In this document: piece by piece, positions 10,119 through 20,007 of the stretch
Position numbering within the stretch: the first letter of the stretch is position 1
Layout of the letters: each line of letters opens with the position of its first letter
Assembly: GCA_964388035.1 (NCBI GenBank)
Contig: CAYLZE010000088.1
Coordinates: 1 to 21,444 of the forward strand
Direction of reading: 5' to 3'
From: an uncultured archaeon
Lineage (GTDB): Archaea; Asgardarchaeota; Lokiarchaeia; Sigyniarchaeales; SOKP01
DNA length: 21,444 nucleotides
Program-made: the position numbers and the translations under genes
Notes under the pieces: generated by a model
Database searches by the model: none
What the model saw: the letters and a program-made list of their open reading frames with translations, nothing else
Told to the model about the DNA's origin: nothing

Positions 10119-10325
10119 ATGAAAAAAATTATATTTCTTATTAAAGAATCTTTAGAGGGAGGATATGAAGCACGGGCCTTAGAGGCACCTATTTTCACTC
10201 AGGCTGATGAGCTCAAAGAGCTAAAAACTTCAATTAAAGATGCTGTTACTTGCCATTTTGAAGAATACAATAGACCCAGAATTATTCACTTGCATTTTAG
10301 TAAAGACGAGGTTATAACTTCATGA
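10119..10325 (+). CDS. hicB: HicB-like antitoxin (short form)
   Basis: IIFLIKESLEGGYEARAL...IFTQADELKEL...DAVTCHF; ATGA-coupled to a hicA-like gene. Confidence 0.8.
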   Translation: MKKIIFLIKESLEGGYEARALEAPIFTQADELKELKTSIKDAVTCHFEEYNRPRIIHLHFSKDEVITS

Positions 10326-10569
10326 AAAGCCCTCGTTATATTAGCGGGAAAGACTTAACCAAATTGTTGCAACGATTTGATTTAATTTAACTAGACAAAC
10401 AGGGAGCCATTTGAGATTAACTACCAATCTGAAGGGTGAATTTCATATCACCATACCAAATCACGCTAATCTTAAAATTGGGATTTTAAATAATATTCTC
10501 ATGTTAATTGCAGAATATCTCGAATTAGAGAAATCTGAGCTTTTAAAAATTCTATTTGAAAAAAAATAA
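10322..10569 (+). pseudogene. hicA: Frameshifted HicA toxin
   Basis: MKSPRYISGKDLTKLLQRF, then one base missing at about 10379-10381, then FNLTRQTGSHLRLTTNLKGEFHITIPNHANLKIGILNNILMLIAEYLELEKSELLKILFEKK*. Confidence 0.85.
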
Positions 10570-10841
10570 AATCTTAGAGCCCAAAACATGAGTTTATTTT
10601 TAGGATTTAAATTTATGACAAAAAAATGATAGGAAGTTCTCTTTCACTTTTTTAAAGATTCTTAATAGGGAGATTTTTGTATTAAAGTAATTCTAACTAT
10701 ATATATCTCATGTAAGTTTCTTAAAAATATCGAGAAGTTATCTATAAAGTTCTTTTAATTTTAACAGAAAAATTAGGAATATACTTTTAAATCACTAATA
10801 TTTCAAATTACTTGATGGCTGGTATAAAATTCAAAAATAAA

Positions 10842-10955
10842 AAAGCTCTTGAATAATTTTGCCCAAAAGCAGAGATGGTAAACGCGGTTTCTTTTCGCGG
10901 AGGAGACGCTAAGAATACAAGAGAAGAAGTTAAAAAGTGGCTTAATGGAGCTTGA
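10842..10955 (+). pseudogene. C-terminal remnant of a flavodoxin-like gene
   Basis: KALE*FCPKAEMVNAVSFRGGDAKNTREEVKKWL resembles the C-terminus of flavodoxins that accompany AKR clusters (recalled similarity). In-frame TAA at 10854-10856. Confidence 0.5.
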
Positions 10956-11007
10956 TTATTTTGAAAAAAAATTGGAACTGAAATTATAATAAATTTAACT
11001 AAATTAA

Positions 11008-11895
<888 letters not shown>

Positions 11896-11903
11896 CATTT
11901 TAG

Positions 11904-12920
<1,017 letters not shown>

Positions 12921-12958
12921 AAAGCAAGGAGAGATATTATATACACGATTGAAGATTC

Positions 12959-13021
12959 GTGGAAGATCAAAATGCTATCTTTTCCAAGGATGAAAAAGCT
13001 TCTGTTGATTTTTTCACCTGA
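12959..13021 (+). pseudogene. N-terminal remnant of a cupin-domain gene
   Basis: EDQNAIFSKDEKASVDFFT* resembles the IFPKGEK...YFTG start of AKR-linked cupins (recalled), with TGA in place of Gly. Orphan RBS AAGGAG at 12926-12931. Confidence 0.45.
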
Positions 13022-13216
13022 ACTTCAAGGGTATATATAATAGTTCGTTAAAATAGTTTTTTCTTATTTTTAGATTTACGTAAAGGGTAATAAAAATTGA
13101 CATTCTAAATCAAATTGCCAATATTATTTCATTAAAAGTCCAATAACTTTTGATAGGAGAAATATAGCTTACTATTGATCAATTAAGCATCAATTTCTCA
13201 TTCTTTTTCGAGAGAA

Positions 13217-13242
13217 TTTAGGCATGCCTAAAGATTTAAATA
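13217..13242 (+). promoter_or_regulatory. Perfect 16-bp palindrome (candidate operator) next to a TATA-like box
   Basis: TTTAGGCATGCCTAAA at 13217-13232; TTTAAATA at 13235-13242; upstream of the ApbA-like gene. Confidence 0.55.
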
Positions 13243-13284
13243 ACATTTTTCCTTTCCCATAATTAAAGAATGAAATCTAATTAG

Positions 13285-14220
13285 GTGATTATTATAAAGA
13301 TATTAGTATATGGAGCGGGAGTTATAGGAAGCATTTTTGCCTACTGGTTAAAAACTGGTGGGAATGATGTCTCCGTTCTTGCAAGGGGTAAACGATTGGC
13401 GGATTTAAGACAGCACGGAATAATTATCGAAGATGGCATTTTTAACAAGGTATATGAAACAAAAATCAATGTCGTGGAACAATTGGATAAAAATGATTAT
13501 TATGATCTTATTCTGGTTATCATGCAACGACAACAAGTAAGTCAAATTTTACCTATCTTGAAGGAAAACATCAGTCCAACCATTATATTCACGGGAAATA
13601 ATCCTTCGGGAGCGAAAGAATATCTAAATTACATTGAACGGGACCGAATCCTCTTGGGGTTCGGAGGTCCCGGTGGATATCACGACGATTATAAAATTGT
13701 AGCTGCATGTGTAGAGAATGCAATATTGTATATAGGAGAACTGGATGGTAAACCCCGTGAACGTGTAAGGCAAATTGAACAAGTATTCACGGATTCGAAA
13801 ATAAAAGTGGATATTCAGGAGGACATTAAAGCGTGGTTAATAACCCATGCGAGCTTTATTAGCCCTCTAGCCATGGGAGGATATGCCGCAAAAAAGAAAG
13901 GCACTACGTTGGGAGAAGATATGGAACTCTTGGAGTTAGCCCTTCGAGGATTCAGGGAAAATCTTAAAGCATTGAAAGACCTCGGGATTCCGATCCTTCC
14001 CAAGAAATTTAAATTGTTTACATGGATGCCCTTGGGGATAATTAAGAAAAAGCTCAAGAATATGATAAACTCGGAATTTGGAAGAATCGCCTTATCGGGA
14101 CACGCAAATGCAGCTCAAAACGAGATGAAACGACTTTCGGATGATTTTCTTGACGTGGTTAAGGAAGCGAAAATAGGCATGAGTATTAATGCCAAGCTTT
14201 ATCAATTAGCTTACCCTTAA
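13285..14220 (+). CDS. Ketopantoate reductase (ApbA/PanE)-family oxidoreductase, divergent
   Basis: KILVYGAGVIG, VSVLARGKR, YDLILV, FTGNN, IGELDG. Start codon uncertain. Confidence 0.82.
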   Translation: MIIIKILVYGAGVIGSIFAYWLKTGGNDVSVLARGKRLADLRQHGIIIEDGIFNKVYETKINVVEQLDKNDYYDLILVIMQRQQVSQILPILKENISPTIIFTGNNPSGAKEYLNYIERDRILLGFGGPGGYHDDYKIVAACVENAILYIGELDGKPRERVRQIEQVFTDSKIKVDIQEDIKAWLITHASFISPLAMGGYAAKKKGTTLGEDMELLELALRGFRENLKALKDLGIPILPKKFKLFTWMPLGIIKKKLKNMINSEFGRIALSGHANAAQNEMKRLSDDFLDVVKEAKIGMSINAKLYQLAYP

Positions 14221-14359
14221 CGATTGAAAAAAAGAAGAAAGTTGAATGCGTGATATCCATCCACCATATCATTAAAAGTAATCAGAATCATTCATATTTA
14301 AATAAAAAGTAACTTTTATTTCTATATATTAAATAAGATTAACAAGAGTAGATGAAATA

Positions 14360-15136
14360 TTGAGTTTAGATGCGAATGAACTGATAGTAGGTATTGGAGA
14401 TTTATCATTTATAACGGTCTCTTTCATCATTGGGGTTAAAATATTACTTAAATATGGAAAATTTAAAAGAAGGGAATTTTTAACAATTGCTCTTACTTGG
14501 ATTTTTATAAGTTTTTCATGGTTAGGTGGCGCATTATCCTTTATAAGTTTTTTAATAATTAACACTCCCATAAATAGAACCCTATTTTTAATACTTAATA
14601 ACGCATTTTCACCGCTAGCATTATTATGTTGGCTATATTCCTTTATTCTCTTGAAAATTTTTCCTAATAAGAACAAGTTATTTTTGTATATTTCAGCTAT
14701 AATATTTATTCCTTATGATATCATAATTATCGTGCTTTGTTTTATCCAGCCGGATCTAATAGGAACATTTTCAGGAAATTTCTTTTTAACTCCCGGATTG
14801 TTAACAATCCCATTTAAATTACTTGCAATGCTTATAACTATTTTAACAGGCGTTGCTTTTGCAAGGACATCAATGCAATCAACGGATTTAAAAATAAGAC
14901 TCAAAGGAAAGTTTCTTTTATGGGCATTTATTTCATTTATAATCGGATTAATCGAGGTTCCTTATGTAGCATTATTCACCATTCCTATATTACAGATACA
15001 TATTATACTCATGATTATCTTTCGAATATTTTTAATTACTAGCGTATTTTTATATTATTTCGGGTTCTTTTTGCCAGATATCCTTGCCAAAAAGCTAATA
15101 AAGGATAAAAATAAAATACGTGTAAGCATGAGCTAG
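14360..15136 (+). CDS. Uncharacterised 7-TM membrane protein
   Basis: 258 aa, seven hydrophobic segments with basic loops (KYGKFKRRE, KNK, DLKIRLKGK) and a C-terminal FGFFLP. Confidence 0.8.
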   Translation: MSLDANELIVGIGDLSFITVSFIIGVKILLKYGKFKRREFLTIALTWIFISFSWLGGALSFISFLIINTPINRTLFLILNNAFSPLALLCWLYSFILLKIFPNKNKLFLYISAIIFIPYDIIIIVLCFIQPDLIGTFSGNFFLTPGLLTIPFKLLAMLITILTGVAFARTSMQSTDLKIRLKGKFLLWAFISFIIGLIEVPYVALFTIPILQIHIILMIIFRIFLITSVFLYYFGFFLPDILAKKLIKDKNKIRVSMS

Positions 15137-15344
15137 CAATAGCTCAGGATTTTTTTCTGCCACACTATTAAAACTCTCATTTTCTATAAACGAGTCGAAA
15201 AATCACATGATACCTCCAAACAATTGGAGTAATTTCGAATAAAAAACTTACTCGGGGATTCTCCTCCTAACTTGAATTTTTTTTAGCATTAGCATGGCAT
15301 TTTATCGCTACCATCAACTTACATCTTATATCGAATCCGATTGA

Positions 15345-15394
15345 TTTTTTTGAATTTAAAGAATCTTCTTATAATCTTCCAAAGTTAAATTTGA
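15345..15394. repeat. 50-bp direct repeat, copy 1 (3' tail of a UPF0175-like gene)
   Basis: 47/50 identical to 16836-16885; the minus strand encodes SNLTLEDYKKIL*. Confidence 0.9.
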
Positions 15395-15534
15395 GCTACT
15401 TCAATTGGAACGATTGCACTTAAAAAGATTTCCTCAGAAACTAAAATTTCTTCAAACCATTTAACGATATTAGCATATTCCTTAGAATGGGGGTCAAAAT
15501 AATATATTAGTATCTGCGAATCTATAGATAGCAT
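15385..15534 (-). pseudogene. vapC: Truncated VapC/PIN toxin
   Basis: MLSIDSQILIYYFDPHSKEYANIVKWFEEILVSEEIFLSAIVPIEVAQI*: first Asp and second Glu of PIN present, C-terminal acidic residues absent. Starts 7 nt after the AbrB stop. Confidence 0.8.
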
Positions 15535-15541
15535 GGGAGTT

Positions 15542-15775
15542 TCACTCAATTATTTTTTTAAAAGGGAGGGGGTCATCAGTAACTTCACTAATATGTTTTT
15601 GCAACTCTTTCGCTTTTGCAATAAATTCTTCGGGATTCAATGCTTTTTGAATGATCAACTTTTCTTGATTAATATTGAAAATTAATCTTTCACCGGGTTT
15701 AATATTCAATTTCTTTCTAATTTCTAAGGGAATACTAATGCGTCCTTGCTCATCAATAACCATTTCTGAATACAT
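15542..15775 (-). CDS. AbrB/MazE/SpoVT-family antitoxin
   Basis: IDEQGRISIPLEIRKKLNIKPGERLIF. Confidence 0.92.
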   Translation of the reverse strand: MYSEMVIDEQGRISIPLEIRKKLNIKPGERLIFNINQEKLIIQKALNPEEFIAKAKELQKHISEVTDDPLPFKKIIE

Positions 15776-15781
15776 TAAAAA

Positions 15782-15810
15782 TCATTATTATCTAAAGGTT
15801 TAAATAATGA
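15782..15810 (-). promoter_or_regulatory. Inverted repeat overlapping the TATA-like box of the AbrB gene (candidate autorepression operator)
   Basis: TCATTATT-N13-AATAATGA; TTTAAA at 15799-15804, about 25 nt from the ATG (leaderless spacing). Confidence 0.35.
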
Positions 15811-15905
15811 ATTCTAATCCTTTAATATTATATAGCAATTTCTATATAATAAATTTCTATTTATATCTTTATATAAAATTGATTAAGAACGCTAAAATAA
15901 TTTTA

Positions 15906-16712
15906 TCAATTCATATTATCAATCTGGAATGCTCTCATGGATACGGAGCCGTATTGAAAGCCTTCATGAATAAACTTACAAGTTTCAAACTCCTCCTGCA
16001 TAGCCACAACATAAATCAAGGGTAAATAATGATCCCAGGTCGGAACGGATAGCATGGCAGGTTTTCCAAATTGTTGGAATTCCAGTAACTTGTAATGTTC
16101 CTTTCTTTCGAGCGCTTTTTTTACAAAATCATCAAACTCCAAAGCCCAATCATGCACTTTAGCATCGATGTCGTTAAAATCTATTAAATATAGATTATGT
16201 ACAATATTACCGCTTCCTATAATTAATACACCCTGTTCCCGTAAAAAAGCGAGTTCTTTCCCCAATTCATAATGATATTTAAGAGGTTTATTAACATATC
16301 CGCTAAAATCATAATCAATGCTCATTTGAAAGGTGGGAATTTGCGCATTCGGGTATAAATGATGCATGACTGACCACGCACCATGATCCAACCCCCAATT
16401 TAAATCGCATTCTATGGGGATTCGATTGATCGTTTCAACAATCCGATTTGCGACTTCTGGGGACCCCGGACACTCATATTTTATAGTATATAACTCTTTT
16501 GGAAATCCATAAAAATCATAAATAGTCTTGGGTTTTTCGGTGCACGCAACCTTAGTGCTTCGGGATAGCCAATGAGCTGAAATGATTAATACTGCTTTAG
16601 GCGTTGGAAGTGCTTTTCCCCATTGATGCAGGGTGTCCGTGAAATCGTTTTTTAAAACAATATTCATGGGGGAGCCATGACCTATAAATAGAATAGGCAT
16701 CTTGTCCGACAT
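15906..16712 (-). CDS. ygiD: 4,5-DOPA-type extradiol ring-cleavage dioxygenase (LigB/YgiD family)
   Basis: FIGHGSPMN, ISAHW, IYDFYGFP, GLDHGAW, GSGNIVHNL, PTWDHYLPL. Confidence 0.92.
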   Translation of the reverse strand: MSDKMPILFIGHGSPMNIVLKNDFTDTLHQWGKALPTPKAVLIISAHWLSRSTKVACTEKPKTIYDFYGFPKELYTIKYECPGSPEVANRIVETINRIPIECDLNWGLDHGAWSVMHHLYPNAQIPTFQMSIDYDFSGYVNKPLKYHYELGKELAFLREQGVLIIGSGNIVHNLYLIDFNDIDAKVHDWALEFDDFVKKALERKEHYKLLEFQQFGKPAMLSVPTWDHYLPLIYVVAMQEEFETCKFIHEGFQYGSVSMRAFQIDNMN

Positions 16713-16835
16713 CTTATATCAATGGTAAAAATAGCTGTTGAGCTATATATTTTTTATCGTTATAATTCATGTTATTTCATTTTAAGTCTGGAATTTAGGT
16801 AAAAATCTTTCATAAATTTAGTAATCATCGAGATG

Positions 16836-16885
16836 TTTTTTTGAATTTAAAGAATTTTCTTATAATCTTCCAATGTTAGATTTGA
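16836..16885. repeat. 50-bp direct repeat, copy 2
   Basis: 47/50 identical to 15345-15394. Confidence 0.9.
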
Positions 16886-17047
16886 AGGAATCCCTAATTC
16901 TGTTATCGCCTGAAAAAGTTCATGGATCGATACCTCTGCGATTTTAGCGGCCTTTTCTATTGATATCTCTTTTAGCAGATACTTCTGAATTGCATGATTC
17001 AATCATTCTTTTTGTAATCCTTCAATCAATATTCTTTTTATTAAGGA
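16847..17047 (-). pseudogene. UPF0175-family antitoxin-like remnant
   Basis: SLIKRILIEGLQKE*LNHAIQKYLLKEISIEKAAKIAEVSIHELFQAITELGIPSNLTLEDYKKIL*. In-frame TGA at 17003-17005; N-terminus not recognisable. Confidence 0.75.
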
Positions 17048-17113
17048 AAAGAATAAATTTTTGAATAATTTCTCAATCCTATAATAATCCTCTAATAAAT
17101 TTTATAATTTTAA

Positions 17114-17314
17114 TTAATGTAGAGAGAGATTTAATAAATCATTCAAATAATTATTTTTAAACAACCTCACATGATATTTCAAATTTAATAGAGCACTTTT
17201 AGCAGGTTCATTAGTAATTTCTTTTAACACCTTTTCAGGAATTATACAATCAGTAATTAATTCTATTTTTCCCAAATTACCTAAAGAAATGAGAATCATT
17301 GAATCTACTATCAT
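17114..17314 (-). pseudogene. Truncated PIN-domain (DUF3368-like) toxin
   Basis: MIVDSMILISLGNLGKIELI...IIPEKVLKEI, ATGA-coupled to UPF0175. Only 66 codons; the C-terminal half is missing. Confidence 0.78.
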
Positions 17315-17583
17315 TCAAGAGCCTTTAATTCTTCTTTAAATTCATCCGGACTAATCTGAACAAGCAATCCTTTTTCTTTTGGGATCATGAACCAATCTGC
17401 AAGAGAAATACCTGCGATTCGAGCTGCTTGTTTTATGCTTGTTTTATTAAAAATATATAACTTTATTTCTTTTTTAAGTCGTAATACCTTCACTTCTTCT
17501 TCCAAAGCTTTTTTTTTTACCTCGCTTTTATCGATTCCTAAAAGTTCCGCTAACTCTTCAATATCTTTTTCTAAACCAATCAT
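17311..17583 (-). CDS. UPF0175-family antitoxin-like protein (possibly 5'-damaged)
   Basis: LAELLGIDKSEV...SIKQAARIAGISLADW...KEKG. An RHH-like MNIRI from ATG 17603 is out of frame. Confidence 0.75.
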   Translation of the reverse strand: MIGLEKDIEELAELLGIDKSEVKKKALEEEVKVLRLKKEIKLYIFNKTSIKQAARIAGISLADWFMIPKEKGLLVQISPDEFKEELKALE

Positions 17584-17601
17584 ACTCTAATCCTAATATT
17601 C

Positions 17602-17774
17602 ATTGATTTTTAATTGTTGAATTTCCCGAAGGAACGAGCTTGTTAGATCATGTCAGTATAGAAATGGAATTATCAGAAGCATTAAATATGAAGATCGATT
17701 TGCTTTCTCAAAATAGTATCAGCTCTTATATAAAAGAACAAATTCTAAAAGAAGCAATTATGATTCATGATTAA
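17602..17774 (+). pseudogene. C-terminal half of a minimal nucleotidyltransferase
   Basis: LIVEFPEGTSLLDHVSIEMELSEALNMKIDLLSQNSISSYIKEQILKEAIMIHD*, with an out-of-frame ID just upstream. The N-terminal GS motif is missing and no intact HEPN follows. Confidence 0.75.
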
Positions 17775-17896
17775 AATGAAGGATTTCTACTAATATATCT
17801 TTGGATTCTTAAAAATTATGTCGCGTTTTAGATATTCCTATTGCAGCTCGTTGATTTTTAAATTTAGCATAATAATTTTGTTTTGTGATATCCGTT

Positions 17897-18310
17897 CTAT
17901 AAGTTTGAATCTCTGACACTTTTGCCACATCGAGAGCATGTGATTAGTAAATACGACTTTTTAGAATATAACGGCGAATTTGCTCTATTATAAACGCCTT
18001 GTTCGCTTCCATAGTACGGACATTTAAATCCGGGCACTTCATTTATTAAATCCTCGGATCTTGAGATAATTAAGGATTCCCCTGGAGAATCTGCTAATGA
18101 TTCTGGGTGCCTAATTTTAAGGTGGGATGCTTCTATATAGATATGACAAACAGTAGCTTTTACATGCTGGTCTAAAGATTTTTAGGTTTTAAATCGTTTT
18201 TTGCATATTGGACAACTAAAAGTATTTTCGTGTAGAGCCCTTCTATGCTACTCTAACGCGTTCCTGTCTCTAAAACGCCTATTGCAGTCCTCACACCTGA
18301 AAGTAGTCAT
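17897..18310 (-). pseudogene. Tandem C2H2 zinc-finger plus C4 zinc-ribbon gene with in-frame stops
   Basis: MTTFRCEDCNRRFRDRNALE*HRRALHENTFSCPICKKRFKT*KSLDQHVKATVCHIYIEASHLKIRHP...FKCPYYGS...ITCSRCGK. TAG at 18248-18250 and TAA at 18182-18184. Confidence 0.85.
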
Positions 18311-18499
18311 ATTAATTGTCTTTTTCTTCATTTTATCTTATCTTAACCTATTATTATAATAAGATTAAAAGATAAAAGATTTATAATTTATTTAAAAACT
18401 TATTTTAATAAGCCATTGGGTAGAAATAGTTAAGTCAAACATTTGAAAAACCATGGTTGAGTCTTTTTTTGGCGAATAAAGTCAGACGGGTATTTTTAT

Positions 18500-19645
18500 T
18501 CAATCTGCTATCTCTGCTTGAACCGCTTTAACGAGATTAGTCAATTTTCGCCTTGCACTCTCCAAAGAGATGACTGTAGTAGATTCAGACGCAAACCCGC
18601 ACCCCGGACTGACAATTAATCGCTCTGGATCGTCCCCCACGACATGCAACGCAGCCTTATAGCGCTTCCGTAAGACTTCAACAGGTTCCACGTTCCGCGT
18701 CTTCACAGAGACGATACCGAGTGCAAGATTTAATCTCTCTGGTAAAGGATAGGCTTTAAGCTTATTCAGCTCGTCGAAATCCCGTGTTCCATCAAATACC
18801 TCAAGTGGTCCTAACGTTCCCACCTTCAAGTCATAGAGTTCTGGCAGGAGATTACTAATACTACCGAGCGTCGCAACTTGGGTTCCGATATAATTCCCCC
18901 AGCAAGCGTGGATCTGAAGCTTTTCGGGAGGGAGTTCAGCGAGCACCAAGTTATTCATCTCGACCCTTTGACGGGTTATCGCTTTAAGAACATCGAGCGG
19001 CATTTCTGGGCTCGTGAATGCTAAAATGTCAGGTGAATCGAACTGAATGGTATCTGCTCCTGCGGTGATGGCACTTTTGGCTTCGTTTAATAAAATTGCA
19101 CGTAAATCGGCAACAAAATCCGTTACCGTGGGATAGTCTTGCACGACTCGGTCATGGATCTCTTTGATCTTGTCAACTGCGCTTGCAGGGAGACCTGGAG
19201 TGGTGGGATCCGGGTAGAATGCCGCCATGTGACTCGGGGAGGGGAGAGTAACTTTCACCCGCTTTTCAACTTTGAGCTCGTGCAAAGTATCTTTAAGCAT
19301 TTTGACCTCACGGGCAATGAAAGAGGTTGTGGGATTATACTCAAGTTTTTTCTCAACGACCGCGGTCCAGTAGATATCGCCCGCGGAAAACTCCACGGGA
19401 AAAGCATTCTGGTGAAACCCGGGTAATCCCGTGATTTCCCCAAAGTAAATGGAACGCCGGAATTCCCCATCGGTGATCTCATCCACACCAGTTTCTATTT
19501 GAACTTTTACGATAGATGACACTTCTCTATTTAACAAGTGTTCAAATTCTTCGGCGGTAATGGTTCCTTGTTCTAACTGCATTCGTGCCTTTTGTAGCAC
19601 CTGCGTTCGGGGCCAACTCCCGACCTGGGTTGTTGTAATATTCAT
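18500..19645 (-). CDS. Cobalamin-independent methionine synthase II-family (MetE catalytic-domain-only) Zn enzyme
   Basis: TTQVGSWPR, TDGEFRR; Zn ligands IHACWGN, LEV, SPGCGFAS; GAGGT RBS. Confidence 0.87.
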   Translation of the reverse strand: MNITTTQVGSWPRTQVLQKARMQLEQGTITAEEFEHLLNREVSSIVKVQIETGVDEITDGEFRRSIYFGEITGLPGFHQNAFPVEFSAGDIYWTAVVEKKLEYNPTTSFIAREVKMLKDTLHELKVEKRVKVTLPSPSHMAAFYPDPTTPGLPASAVDKIKEIHDRVVQDYPTVTDFVADLRAILLNEAKSAITAGADTIQFDSPDILAFTSPEMPLDVLKAITRQRVEMNNLVLAELPPEKLQIHACWGNYIGTQVATLGSISNLLPELYDLKVGTLGPLEVFDGTRDFDELNKLKAYPLPERLNLALGIVSVKTRNVEPVEVLRKRYKAALHVVGDDPERLIVSPGCGFASESTTVISLESARRKLTNLVKAVQAEIAD

Positions 19646-20007
19646 ATGTACCTCATCTATATTATCATCAACTAATCTATTAATTGACTCATATATATAT
19701 AATCGGATTATTTTTTATTTAGCGGGATAAAGAAAATAAAATCTGTTTAGTGGCAATAATTGGGGTTATTTCATATATTGCATTAGTTTTTAAGAATATA
19801 CCGGTGGTACTACGCCTTTTTCTCTTGATTCATGCTCATTGATTTTATTTATCTCAATAATCAATAAAACCTAGAAAGGCTCTAATAATAAATAAAGAAG
19901 TTCTTCAGTCGTTCTATAAATTATTAAACACAAAAATAAAATTAAAGAAATCTAACTCCCTAATGAGAGAGAAATAGAATCAAGAATTAAAAATAAAAAA
20001 AAGTATC

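Noticed and set aside
14360-15136. Microbial rhodopsin or GPCR call for the 7-TM protein
   Set aside because: No helix-7 retinal Lys and no GPCR signature motifs visible.
17897-18310. Stop-codon reassignment or readthrough (TAA/TAG as Gln, or pyrrolysine) in the zinc-finger gene
   Set aside because: Neighbouring genes terminate normally at TAA and TAG, two different stops are involved, and a Cys-to-Tyr change plus a probable frameshift point to decay.
18331-18377. Imperfect inverted repeat TTTTATCTT...AAGATAAAA upstream of the zinc-finger gene
   Set aside because: Extremely AT-rich context makes a chance match likely.
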